Shown here: positions 1 to 11,863 of the stretch, one piece after another
How the letters are laid out: each line of letters begins with the position of its first letter
How positions within the stretch are numbered: the stretch's first letter is position 1
Assembly (NCBI GenBank): GCA_965603825.1
Contig: CBFDEM010000038.1
Location: 499,582-563,581 of the forward strand
Direction of reading: 5' to 3'
DNA: 64,000 nt
DNA from: Blepharisma stoltei ATCC 30299
Taxonomy: Eukaryota > Protista > Ciliophora
Program-made: the position numbers and the translations under genes
The notes under the pieces: generated by a model
The model's input: the letters and a program-made list of their open reading frames with translations, nothing else
What the model was told of the DNA's origin: nothing
Database searches by the model: none

Positions 1-912
1 ATTATATGTGCATTAAACCATCACTCATTCCTAAATTTGAAATAAAAACTTTCCCGCAAAATTAACTTTTTAGCTTAAGCACTAGCAATCTTAATCTCAT
101 TGTTTAATGGAATTTTCTACATATATACTAAAATAATTATAAAAATTTTTTTAATAGGGCTGATTTTGATGAGGGTAATAATGTCTAAGAATTCGGAGTT
201 ATAAGGATAAAATAAGGAATACTCTTAAAATTGTACGCTAATACTAAGAATATTTTAATTATTAATTCAATAAAGTGAAAAAAGGAAAAGATATTCGGAG
301 AAAGCCTTAAATAGCATAAAGATTCAAATATCTTTGGAGAAAAAAAAAACTCGAAACCAATTGAAAAATTGAAAGGATTTGGAATTGTCATAGATAATAA
401 TTTTTCTATTTATATGAGCTTATTCGCTAATATTGCCATTCTTTAAATTGATAAATCAGAGAATCTTTTCATAAATTGTTTATCCTTATTTAAGCTGGAG
501 ATATCTATTTCTCAAAAAATCCAAAAATAAGTCAAATTTAATTTTGATCAATTATTATTCGTTGCAGACAAATAAAATTAAGGTATAATCATAAAGCTTA
601 CAATCATCAAGAGTTGCTATATGTGATCGAAGAATAAAATCAAGCAAAGCAGCCTGAACATACAAAGTCATCCTTATATATATTATAAACTATAAAATAA
701 ATTAAACTCAAATATATAACAATTCTAAAATTAATTAAAATAGCTTTTTACAGAGGTTTAGCAATATTTAAAAACGAGATGTCAAGCAGCTTTTAAAGCA
801 GCCATAATTAAAGATTGCTTATTTCTCTGAAAATTAGAATCCTTTTGGTGATCTTAAATATCAGAAAGTTTATAGAATTATAAAATATGAGATAAAAGCA
901 TAGAAATTAGTA

Positions 913-2307
913 ATGGAAAGTCAAGAAAATTCTGAAATAATAAAAGAAAGCTTGATTGCTCTAGGCTTTGAAGAATGGAAAATTAACATCATCCTCTCAT
1001 TTGCAAATTCTTGTGAGCAAGCCATTGATCTTATTTTATATAATGATTGAGATTCAATTGATTTAGATTCTATAAAAAATGAACCTATTGTACAAACAGA
1101 AAACTCAATCAATCCTGAATCAGCCGGAAATAATGCAGAGATAATAAAGAACCTACGGGAGATGATTCCTGGCTGTGAAGAATTACATGAAAAATTGATG
1201 CAAGACATAGTCACGAATGATGAAAATAAAGAGAAAATCTATTTAATGGCCCGAGAAATGGGCTTTGACGATAAAAACTCAAGGTGAGCAGCAGATCAAT
1301 TTGATAATTTGGAAAGCGCTGTAAGTTATTTAGCAGAAAGGGCTAAAGCAGACGAATTAAGCCAAATAAAAACACAGATATACATTACTGCTAAAGAAAT
1401 GGGCAAGGATGAAGCTACAGCTACGAAGGCAGGGTTTGAATTTGACAGCCTTGAAGATGCTATTAAATTTTTGTCAATAGAAGAAGAAGTCAAACAATCA
1501 GAAAATATTACAATAAGTCAGCCTAATGAAGAAGAAAATTCTAAAAAAATCAATGAAACTAATCAATTCACTGAAGAAACACCAATTGCTGCCTCACGGT
1601 CATACACTGGTAGAGAAGATGAAGGAGAAATTTCAAGTGCAATAAATAATGAAGAGAGATCTATTTTAAATACTCAAGATTCTAGCATGCAGAACCAAAT
1701 AAATTCTAATCAAGGGAATGGAGAGTTTATGTTCGAAGATTTAGAAGGCTTTATTCATCAAGGAGTAAAAATCTCAAACGAGCCCAGTATTCAGCCTCTA
1801 TATTATACTGATTATGAAGAAGTATATGAAGAAGAGGAATGTGAAGAATATGCAGGGCAAAATTTATATGCAGCGGAAAATGCTGATAATTATGAAGGTG
1901 ATTTTAATGAAGAAAATCAGCCCGACGAAATGGGACTTGAAGAGTTTGGCATAAGAGTAGAGGATATAAGTGAGGAAAGAAAAGAAAACGGTGGGGAAAG
2001 GTGAATTTCTTCTGAGCCAATAAACATTAATGGGGAATATGTAGAAGGGATAGATAGAGAGCACATCATGGATATTTTAAGCAATATTATTCCTGTAACA
2101 GGACTATCTGAAGAAGCAAAGTCAAGAATTGTTGAGTTCATGTATGACGGCGAAATTCTTTGTAAGGAATGTGTCATTTGTTGTGACAAATTCGAAGAGA
2201 AGGACGTTCTTTATAAACTACCATGCAGTCACATTTTCCACAAAGACTGCTTCTTGAAGTACGCTGAGAGGAGTGAGAGTTGTCCCTTAGATCGACAAAA
2301 AATTTAA
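913..2307 (+). CDS. UBA-like repeat / RING-H2 E3 ubiquitin ligase (464 aa with TGA=Trp)
   Basis: ATG 913 is in frame with track ORFs 1309 and 2068, with only TGA codons in between. N-terminus MESQENSEIIKESLIALGFEEWKINIILSFANSCEQAIDLIL is UBA-like, with further EMG..AI.FL units. Acidic linker, then C-terminal RING-H2 CVICC..LPCSHIFHKDC..CPLD. Stop TAA. Confidence 0.88.
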
Positions 2308-2447
2308 TTGTGCTATAGTCTCTAAATAATTGATAATTTGGAGCTGCAAGAATTTTTATTAATGTAATATCAGAAAAATTATTAAAATTGTTTTTCGAAT
2401 TTTAATCGATTTCTCATGAGATTATCGATTGAGATAATTTTTAAATA

Positions 2448-2710
2448 GGAGACTCAGAAATTATTAACCCAAGCTAACTGCTATTGGATTTGGAGAATGG
2501 ACAATTAATTAAATGCTTCTTATGAGAAAGTTCCTAGCTACCTTACAGATGAAGATTCAAAAAATACAGATTTTATTTCTACAAAAATAGCAAGCCTAGA
2601 AACTTGGGATGACATACAATTATTTTGAAGCTGCCGCTTCCTCTTACGATACAACGATTATATCAGAAAACTGAAAAAATAAGAACTAGAGACAAAAAAT
2701 GCACAAAATT
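2448..2710 (+). pseudogene. Decayed fragment of the UBA-RING family N-terminus
   Basis: Translates in pieces to SEII..KLTAIGFGEWTIN..ASYEKVPSYLTDED..TDFISTK, matching the flanking paralogs (AEIIKSKLLNIGFDEWKID..NSYEEALNYILDAD..NFVSTN). It has no ATG and carries indels and stops. Confidence 0.7.
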
Positions 2711-3287
2711 AAGCTTTATAAATATTCGAATTAATGAAAACAAATTTAGACTTTTCCATAAAAATTTTTAATAAATTTTTATATTAATACAAATTATATA
2801 TGAATAAACTGATATATAAAGAGATAAAATAGTAAAGGTTTCAAATAAAAATTATAATGAGTTTTCTAATAGAGACTATAAAGCCCCATAATTAAATATG
2901 GCGCTAATAGAAGATCTCCTTACTTTGATTAAATCAGCACCGATTAATATAGATTTTGGGATTAATTGCAATCAGCAATCGAATTTTAGCACATCTTGAG
3001 TATAAAATAAATACTGCCAGAGCTTATGATCTTATAGCATGCTTTGCAATATAGTCATACAGCTAAAAGAAGTCATTATGCCAAACTTATAAGAGGTCTA
3101 TTTAATGTATTTAAAACCTCATTAATAATGTTTAATCCGCATAAAATTACTGAGACTGCTATCATATAATCATGTGAGCATGACCCCTAAAACCAGGCAC
3201 TGCTTTTCCTCTGTATACTCCATCTAAAGTGACTGTTGTAAAGCCAACTCTTGTAAGAAATTTTACCAATAAACTCTATAATTTTTA

Positions 3288-4169
3288 ATGGAAATAAGGG
3301 AAAACGCTGAAATCATTAAATCCAAGCTATTAAATATAGGATTTGATGAATGAAAAATAGACTTAACATTGCAATTTGCAAATTCTTATGAAGAAGCTCT
3401 TAATTATATTCTTGATGCAGACTGAGACAATATTAATTTCGTTTCTACAAATATTTCAGAGACAAGACAAAATGAGATGCAAACAGACTATGGGAATTCT
3501 GCAACTATTTCTAGTAGAGCAACTGTAAATGAGGCACACAGAAAATCAGGAAATATAATAAAAGAGGAATTAATAAAACAAAAAAGGAGATTTCATCAAG
3601 CAGCACAAAATTTAGGCATCAGTGAAGCCACATTTAAAGCAAAAATTGAGAGTGTAGAGACTTTAGAAGAATTGGATAAAGCTGTTTTTGAGTTCATAAA
3701 TCAGTGCAAGCTTAAAGATAAAATATATACATATGCTTTGGAAATTGGTCTCAGTCATAAAACAGCAAAATGAGCATCAGTATTTTTTGACAATTTAGAA
3801 AATGCTATGGAATATTTAAATGAATTATGAGTAGACGAAAAAAAATGTAAAGAGAAAAATCAAATCTATTCCCAAGCACCAAAAAATGAGTCCAATATTC
3901 CATTTTTGTCAAGAGAAGAAGAGAATAAGCTTATCACTCCTGTTAATTGAGCTGATGATGAAGCAGATATTAATGGAGATGATGAAGATTTTGATGAGTA
4001 TCCCCGAAAAATCTACAAAATGTTTAGAGATATTGGCATTGAAGAAGAAAAATCTAGAGAAATGCTAAGAGAATGCACAAATATGAAAGAAGCTAAAGAA
4101 ATGGCAGATGAATATACAAGATTTAAAAAACATATGCCTTTTTTCTGTATTTTTTTTTGAAATTGATAG
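3288..4169 (+). CDS. UBA-like repeat protein, N-terminal part of the second UBA-RING paralog (293 aa as written)
   Basis: ATG 3288 gives MEIRENAEIIKSKLLNIGFDE(TGA)KIDLTLQFANSYEEALNYIL, a paralog of the gene at 913. It reads through several TGA to a TAG at 4167-4169, just after a T9 run. Confidence 0.75.
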
Positions 4170-4213
4170 TTGAGCTCTGTGCAAGTCCAGTCATATTGAT
4201 TATAAATTTATAT

Positions 4214-4801
4214 ATGTCTAAAAATTATTATCCCGTATATGAACAATTGGGTAATTCCAGCCAAGAAGAAGTCTTTCTCGCCTATAATCCGTTTTATCAA
4301 TTAGAAGAACAAGAAGAATTTGAAGAAGAAAAATATTTATACAGCGGAGAAGATTTGATAGGATTTTCAGATGGCCCTCGAATATCCGAATATATTTATG
4401 AGGAAAATAATAGCAGTGAAGAAGAATTAAATGAAATTAGCTGAGAAAGGCAAGAAATAAGGGATGTGGAAAGAGAGGAAAATATTGGAGAATGATGGAT
4501 TTCTTCAGATCCAATCATTATTGATGGAATGTATGCTCAGGAAACTAATAGAGAGCAAATTATGGATATTTTAAGTGGAGTAGTCCCTGCAAAAGGGCTA
4601 TCTGAAGAAGCACGAGCAAGAATCACAGAATTTTTGTATAATGATGAAATTAGTGACGAGAATTGTGTAATTTGCTGTGAAAAATTCGAAGAAAAAAATG
4701 TCCTATTAAAATTACCATGCAGTCATATTTTTCATAAAGACTGTTTTTTGGAGTATGCTGAAAGGAGTGATAATTGTCCTTTGGACCGAAAAAAAATTTA
4801 A
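4214..4801 (+). CDS. RING-H2 protein, C-terminal part of the second UBA-RING paralog (195 aa)
   Basis: Track ORFs 4157 and 4529 share a frame through TGA codons. Contains the WISSDPIIIDG motif and a RING-H2 nearly identical to that of gene 913. It may be one gene with 3288..4169 (see findings). Confidence 0.78.
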
Positions 4802-5174
4802 TCATATATAGTGCAGGCTTAAGTAATTTTAAGTAAATAAGTTAACTTTAAATAAATCTGTAATAAATTCTTAATCTTGAAGATGGCGCTGCTCGAAAAA
4901 AACTATATAATTTTTTTTTAGGATTAGGCTAGAAACAGCGTATTCGAGATTCATTTTAATTTTTCCTCCTAATTGGAGAGTATCAGCTACTAATTTCAAT
5001 TTTTTTACTTTATGTTTTATCTTATGCTAATAATATGTTTCTTTAAAAAGTCATTATCCTTCTAAATGAAAGAAAATTATAAAAGTTTATTATGCAAATA
5101 CAATTTAAATGAGCACGTAAAATTAATATGAAAGCAGCACAAACAATTAAGGTTATGCAAATCCTGAATTAAAT

Positions 5175-5547
5175 ATAGCTTCAGTAGGAGATCTCTTTCC
5201 TCCCCTTGACAAATACAGATGTTCCTTTGATATATCAGAAAACACTAATTAAATAGTAAATACTATTTGCATAACTGCCCTTCATCTGGATATTGTATTA
5301 AATATTATTTATAAAGAGAAGGAATAGAGAATCCCCTCTAAGGCGAATAAGACAAAAATGAGCCAAAAGCAGCCAAACAGATTAAACTTATTGAGATGAG
5401 TATTTATGAGCCAGCTGAGCCTGGCAAATATCAAAGCAGAAAGAAAAATAAAGCATTTAAAAAGCTCAAGATGAAGAAATTCAAAGCCTCAAATTTAACA
5501 CAGAAAAAGAGTAAGAAAAATTGATCATTTGAGTGAATGATATTTAA
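5175..5547 (+). pseudogene. Decayed paralog of the Cys-motif gene at 5766
   Basis: Pieces IASVGDL..CSFDIS, CPSSGYC, NKAFKK and KIDHLSE(TGA)Y match MVSIGDI..CSDIS, CSSCGYC, DKVFKK and KVDYLNGWY of gene 5766. The start is ATA instead of ATG, and there are frameshifts and stops. Confidence 0.6.
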
Positions 5548-5765
5548 GAGTTAACTACGACTTATGCTCATTAATAATTGCTTGTGCATCTAAACAGAAT
5601 TTATTATCAAACCAATTCAATCACCGCATCTATATTTCATTTATTTTAAGATCTACTTTAACATTAGCAGTAGATGAAAAATTTGCAAATATTAGCACTT
5701 CTAAATCAATATAACTCTTCTAAATTACACTCAGCTTTTATTTTAAGTAGCCCCATAAATTAAAG

Positions 5766-6245
5766 ATGGTATCGATAGGTGATATTCTAGCTATGATCGT
5801 TGACGATAATGACTCTTGTTCTGATATTTCAGGCAGTGAAGGCTCAAACTGATCTTCTGGTTCTTATGACAGCCAACATCGTCGTTATAATCATGGCTGC
5901 TCAAGCTGCGGATATTGTAGAAGTTGTTATGATAAATACGGCTGCAACAAAGATAGTTTTGACTCGATGGATCTTATTTTCCAAGACGATTGAGAGACGC
6001 CAATAGAATTCGTGATTCAAGATACTACAGATCAAAATTATTGAAATAGCTTTTTTTCTGAGACAATTAAATGTACAAAAAATTTTTATTTTAAAAGAAA
6101 TTCTAAAAAGATGAAAAATGATAAAGTTTTTAAAAAAGCAAATTTGCTAGGAAAAAATAATTGGAAAAATGAAAAAATCCAAAACTTAAAGAGAAAAAGC
6201 AGAGAAAAGGCGAAGAAAGTTGACTATTTAAATGGCTGGTATTAA
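5766..6245 (+). CDS. Hypothetical 159-aa protein with CxxCxxCxxC motif, acidic N-half and basic C-half
   Basis: Open ATG..TAA with three internal TGA; not in the ORF track. An adjacent decayed paralog supports a coding origin. Confidence 0.7.
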
Positions 6246-6766
6246 AATCAGAATTAGTATTGCATTGGTTTTAAGATAACTTGCTAATCAGATTTTATAA
6301 TTCTTTTAAATAATACTATATAAGGAAAAACCTTTAGAAATAATTAATAGTCATTGCTGCAGCTTGAAAGTCAAACCAAGCAATAATTATCTGCCTACTT
6401 ATTTATAATCATATAGCTTAAAGAATATATTTCATAATAAAATGCCAAATCAAAAATTCATTCAAAAATTGAAAAATTATAAGTTTTATTAATAGCTAAA
6501 CCATTTTTTAGTAACTAAAAAAATATATTGATTAATTATAAATTTAATTATTAAAGTTACAAACTAATATGCTATCTTCTTTAAACCAATATCTTCTATA
6601 ATGATATCAAACAATTAAAGCCAGCACTCTCTTAAAGCTACTCAAATTCTTCAGAGTTTTTATTTTATTTATAAAATTCATTTTAAATAAGTTTTAAACT
6701 ATTATTTAAATTATCCAAAAGCTATCTCCTTATTAATATAAAAAATATAATTTTTATATCGTAAAT

Positions 6767-7744
6767 ATGAGGAGAAGTTATAGTCACACCTACCTTAATT
6801 CTTCGCTAACATCTCCGTCAAATTCGACCTCAAACCAACCTATAACTCTTCAAGGCAATTTATCAAAAAAATTCCCTGACACAAACTCCTCCAAATGGGA
6901 AGGCTTATCTTTAACTGGCAATCCCAGCAATGCTAAGCAGTTAGCTGGAATTCGGTCTCCACGACGTTGGGACGAATACAGCAATGGGTCTCGAACTGTA
7001 ATCCCAAGCCAGCCAGCTACAGAGCCAATTACACCTCGCCGTACAATGACTCCTCGTGCCTCCAATGCAACAGGAAATCTTATGGACATGATTAATAAAG
7101 GATACTCCAAAGAAGAACTAGGGACTTACTCAAGAAGAGTCTCTATTAATGGAAAAACTGTATATTCAAATGCTACAAGCATTGACAATACTGCTTGTAA
7201 TGAAGCTTATAAAGGAAAAGGCATCTACGCCCCTGGGTTCATTCAAGATCGAAAAATAAGAAAAGAAAGCGGGATTGGCTTTGAAAATCGGCAAAGCCAA
7301 ATTTCGACCCTCCCTGGCCCACATAAAGAAGCTAAAGAAAAGCCGAGAGAAATTCGTATCAAGCCTGACTATTATTCACACATCTCTGATTTGCCTGGAT
7401 ATTTAACTAAACCAGAGCCTTCAGTTGAAAAAGCAAATCCACTTGTAAAATTGTCAAGACATACAGCGACTTCTATAGAAAAACAAAATATGCTAGGGCA
7501 AACACCTGACAAGACTGGACCAAAACGAGAAATAATTCCTTCTAAGAAGCCTGCCGACTCAGAGTTTAATAACATTGGAAAGGAAAGGGCGCTAAATCCT
7601 TATAGCACAGGCAAGCTTTCTAATAAAGAAGCCCAACAAAGGCTACTTGGAGCTAGTAACTCTGAATGCACTGATTTCAGCAAAAGAGCTCGGCCGATGT
7701 CGGCAAGAGACATGTTTAAAAGCAGCATCCCATTTTTAAGTTAA
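6767..7744 (+). CDS. Hypothetical 325-aa Ser/Pro/Lys-rich, probably disordered protein
   Basis: Uninterrupted ORF with an AT-rich leader and an internal repeat QISTLPG/HISDLPG. No domain recognised. Confidence 0.75.
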   Translation: MRRSYSHTYLNSSLTSPSNSTSNQPITLQGNLSKKFPDTNSSKWEGLSLTGNPSNAKQLAGIRSPRRWDEYSNGSRTVIPSQPATEPITPRRTMTPRASNATGNLMDMINKGYSKEELGTYSRRVSINGKTVYSNATSIDNTACNEAYKGKGIYAPGFIQDRKIRKESGIGFENRQSQISTLPGPHKEAKEKPREIRIKPDYYSHISDLPGYLTKPEPSVEKANPLVKLSRHTATSIEKQNMLGQTPDKTGPKREIIPSKKPADSEFNNIGKERALNPYSTGKLSNKEAQQRLLGASNSECTDFSKRARPMSARDMFKSSIPFLS

Positions 7745-7756
7745 TTCGTCATTTAA

Positions 7757-9070
7757 TTACTTACAAAAACAGCAAAAAATCTTTTTCAAGCTACTTTTTT
7801 TAGTTTTTTCAGTCTGTGTGCATTTCACTGAGAGCGGGTGTCTTTCTTCTTGTTCAGTCCCATTGTATTCTTCATTGTGTTTTTCTTCATGATGCTCATT
7901 AGAATCATTAATTTGATATGAAATAAAATTATTGTTACTCATTGAATACATCGAGCTGAATTCTTCTGAGCTTTCAGAACCATGAACGACTTCTTTTAGC
8001 TTTCTAGGAGGTTTTCTTTTGTGTACTGAAGAGTCCAAAACTGCAGGCTTCCTTTCGTTTTCGTCTTCTGATTGATTTGTAAATTTCATTGCTCATAACT
8101 CATTATCGATTTTTCAATCACTTGAAAAGTCATTATCAATTTTTAGTCTATTTTTGACAGATTTTCCATTGATATTAATATCTTCAGGAATCGGAATTGT
8201 GAAATCAGGATTGCTAAATGAAAACACACTATTATGCCCAAATGACTTAGAATTTTGTATCGAGGAAATATTTTCCCCTGAAGGAAAAGCTTGAAATAGC
8301 TTCATTTTCTCTGCTTTCGAGCTATCTAATATTTTCAAATCAATTGATGAGCTAGATATACTTTCCATCACAGAATCTTTAAGTAAATAGCTTACGCCAT
8401 CCTCTAAGTCGCTGCTTTTCATTTTATTGATAAATCTCCTTAAATCTCTTCTGATATCCTCCACATTAGACTGAAGCGAATTGGTCATTTCTGGCTTTTC
8501 TGTGCTCTGGCTACCTTCAATAGCTGCTTTTAAATGTGAGCTTAAATATCTTTCCTCGTTTTCCTCTATTTTTCCTTGAGTTACCTCACTTGGTTCCAAG
8601 CTTAAAGTCGGTATATAATTCCCAGTGGTCTCTTCCTCCTGAATAGAGGCAAAAATCCCTTGAAGTTTTGAATTTTTGTTTAAATTGAGCTGAATAAGAG
8701 TTGGGATTATCAGAGCTTGTTCTATCTCACTTAAATATTTGACTTTTAGATATCGTTCTTGCTTTAAATAAGTACTATATTGCTAAATAACTCTTACCAA
8801 AATCGTAGTCTGGCGTTCCCTTATATCCAAAGCTCATTGTTTTCTATTTTCATCCAAAAATGCTTTTAGGTCATAGACCTGCTTTTTTAGCTTCAAACAG
8901 TTGAGCACCAGTCTTGCTTTTCTTTGGTCTTTAGCCCGCTGGAGCTCTAAAGCTTTGGTTTTATTTACATTTTGGGCCTTTTCGATCTGCTTTTTTACCT
9001 CTGCTATTTGACGTGTAAGTGTGTCTATGATTGACATGTCAAAATCTTCATCATCAAGGGACTTTTCCAT
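7757..9070 (-). CDS. Hypothetical coiled-coil protein (432 aa; one 15-nt intron) ending in KKIFCCFCK
   Basis: Track ORFs 8834-9070, 8114-8599 and 7757-8089 share one frame, joined by TGA codons and intron 8783-8797. The C-terminal Cys cluster suggests lipid anchoring. Confidence 0.78.
8783..8797 (-). other. 15-nt spliceosomal intron GTAAGAGTTATTTAG
   Basis: GT..AG with A at position 10; removes the only in-frame TAG. Confidence 0.85.
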
Positions 9071-9101
9071 GAAAATTAATTTAAAATTATTTCACATAGA
9101 A

Positions 9102-11789
9102 CTAGAAATCTTCATCCCAGTTCAAGTTTGACCCAGGCCGCTGCTTAGGTGTGATTGATGGGAAAGCTGAATTAGCCTCCTCTTTAGATATATAATCATC
9201 CAAATTAAAATGTAAAAGACCTGACTGAGCTGATTCTGTCTCAACTATCAAAGGAATTAAAGGTGGCTTTACCTGCTTAGAAAGCAAATTTTCCCACAAA
9301 ACAGTGGAAAATCATGAATTTGTTTTTAATTTTTGAATTGACCCTCCATTTCTAAGCGACGGGTTCAGATGAAGCAGCTGCTCAACGAAAACTCGTGCAG
9401 GCAAGCTTTGGTCAAGTCAAGAAGGGAACATCAAGTTATGGTCCAAAATTTTCTGGTAAATTGCGAAAGGGTCTTCTTCGTCTTCACCAAAAGGCACACT
9501 CCCACATATAAACTCATATAGAATGATCCCCATGCTTCAATAGTCAACTGGGGTCCCATAGCCTTTCCCAGTGATTATTTCAGGGGCCATATAGTGTGGA
9601 GTCCCTACAATCGTGAAGGTTCGCCCTTGCAAAATCTTAGCAACCCCGAAATCTATTAATTTCGGGTATCCATCATCGTCGACCATTATATTTTCAGGTT
9701 TCAGGTCTCTATAAACAATATCTCGCTCATGTAAATGTTCTAAAATGACGACTAAACAAGATATATAAAACTTTGCGTCACTTTCTGATAATAGCCCCAT
9801 CTGTCTTATGACATCAAACAATTCTTGGCCTCTTACATATTCTGTCAAAAAATAAATGCGTTTTTCGTCTTTAAAAGTCCTTATCAGCTTCATTATCATT
9901 ATATGGTCGAGCTGCATCAGGACTTTTCTTTCTAATACCAAATTGTTTTGAATTTGGTATCTGAGGACTTTTTTCCTTTCTACAGTTTTTAAGGCGTAGC
10001 AGGTTTTTTTGGACTTATGCATGACTAAAAATACGATCCCAAACATACCTCTGCCAAGGGTCTTTTTGATGATCAAGTCTTGCAAATTGACATTTGTGTC
10101 TTGAAGCTGTATTCGTTTGACAAGGAGATTTTTGATGTCATCGTTTATGATGTTTAAAAAATCTTTTTGATGTAAAACCCAGCAGGTGACTTGGCCTGAT
10201 GCTTTTATGGAGGCAGTACGGAGGTCGTTGTAAAGGACTGATCTTTCTCCAAAGTAGTCATGCTTTGCTACTGTACGAACTCTTATATGATTTTTTATTA
10301 CTTCAACTCGCCCTGTTTTTATAATAAAAAGGGAATCCCCAGGGTCGTTTTGTTTAAAAATGAAATCTCCGTCCTGGAATTCTTCTAATTTTAAACAGTT
10401 CATTAGCCGAATGATTTTATCTTGAGACAGGTCTCGAAAAATCTGGACCTTTTTAAGCACAGCCAAAGCTTCATTTTTGTTAATAATTTCAATAAACTCC
10501 CCACCAATTAAAATTTCAAATTCAGCCCTTGATATAACAGCTATATCAACTTTTCCTTCCGCTATAAGTTCTTCTGGGTAAATTTCATTAAAATTTCCAG
10601 TTATATCTAAGTCACCTAAACAGCAAAGTGACTCATAGACTTTAGTTCCGGAATGGTTTCTAAGATTTCCTTTTAGTAAAATATATAATGCTACCCCTTT
10701 TTCAATGCCTGCATTAATAACAATTTGGCCATGCTGGAAAGTATGGACTCTCATACTCCTAATTATAGATTCAACTTGGTCTCTTGTTAATTGTGAAATA
10801 TAAGGGCTTCTTTCCAGTGCAATTCGTTGTGTATTTATGTAAATAATGTGTTGGAGCTTGCTGCCCAGCACTTTTGTTAAAGAGTCTCTCCCAATTGCTA
10901 AGCACTTAACCTGAGTAATTGCAATAACTGTTGCAGTTCGTACACAGTTATGAAGTAAAGCTTGCTCTCCAAAATAATCTCCTCTTCCCATGCTTCTTAT
11001 TTCTTGCCCCTCCTTCACACAAGAAACCGTTCCTTCCTTAATAAGGTAAAACAAGTCTCCAGGCTCGCCTTCGTTTACAATCCTCTGCTGTGGATAAAAT
11101 GCATGTGTTGATAGAGAGCTAACCAGCGCATCTCTTTGTTGTACAGTTAAAATTTGGAAAATTGGCACAGTCTCAATAAAATTGAGATTTTCTTGATAAT
11201 TCATGGAATTCAGTTGCTCTAGTGTCGTTCTAAATGTTTGTCGGTCAACACCTCAAAGAACTGTTTTTTCTATTGTCTTTATAGTCGCACTTCTTGGGGT
11301 GTCATGGAGAAGTGCAAGTTCTCCAAACGAGTCCCCTGGCTTTAGGATTTTTGTCAAAGTTCCATTGATAATTACTTGCAGCTTGCCTGAAGCCACAACA
11401 AAAAAATTGCCTCCAGGCTGGTCTTGCATAAATACTATTGCATCAGGGCTCAAAGCGTAATGCTTCATTTTGCCTATTATAAAATCGAGCTGATCCTCAG
11501 TCAAGCTATTGAAAATAAAGTGTTTACTCAGGGCATATTTAATATTATCCACTTCTCTTCTTGTTTTATCTTTATCGGTCACCACTGCTGTCGGAGCATC
11601 TAAAGTGATTTCTTCTTCTAGCCGAGAATCGAAAGCAGATCCTTTCTTTTTAAAAAGTTTCCTCGCTCCACTGTTTTCAAATGTATTAAGACTGATTTTC
11701 TGTTCTTCTTGCACTAGCACTGTGCTAAGCAAGCTTCTTGAATCGACTGAATGTATTGACGGCTTTGCAATTGACATACAAACTCCCAT
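9102..11789 (-). CDS. PKG: cGMP-dependent protein kinase, alveolate type (895 aa; four cyclic-nucleotide-binding domains)
   Basis: MGVCMS acylation N-terminus. CNB motifs FGELALLHDTPRSAT, FGEQALLHNCVRTAT, a degenerate third domain, and FGERSVLYNDLRTAS. Kinase motifs GRGMFG, YRDLKPEN, DFG and GTPHYMAPE. TGA at conserved Trp: L(W)GVDR, DY(W)SMG, NS(W)F. Confidence 0.95.
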
Positions 11790-11863
11790 TTATTAATTTT
11801 TCATAATAGAAAAAACATATATTCCATTTTTTATCTCAAAATTTTAGATATCCAACTGTACAG

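Noticed and set aside
185-391. 68-aa minus-strand ORF
   Set aside because: F/I/L-rich mirror of A-rich DNA; no motif or paralog seen.
3886-4068. 60-aa plus-strand track ORF
   Set aside because: Off-frame shadow inside gene 3288, whose real frame is broken only by TGA.
5800-6006. 68-aa track ORF
   Set aside because: Alternative frame of the better-supported gene 5766..6245.
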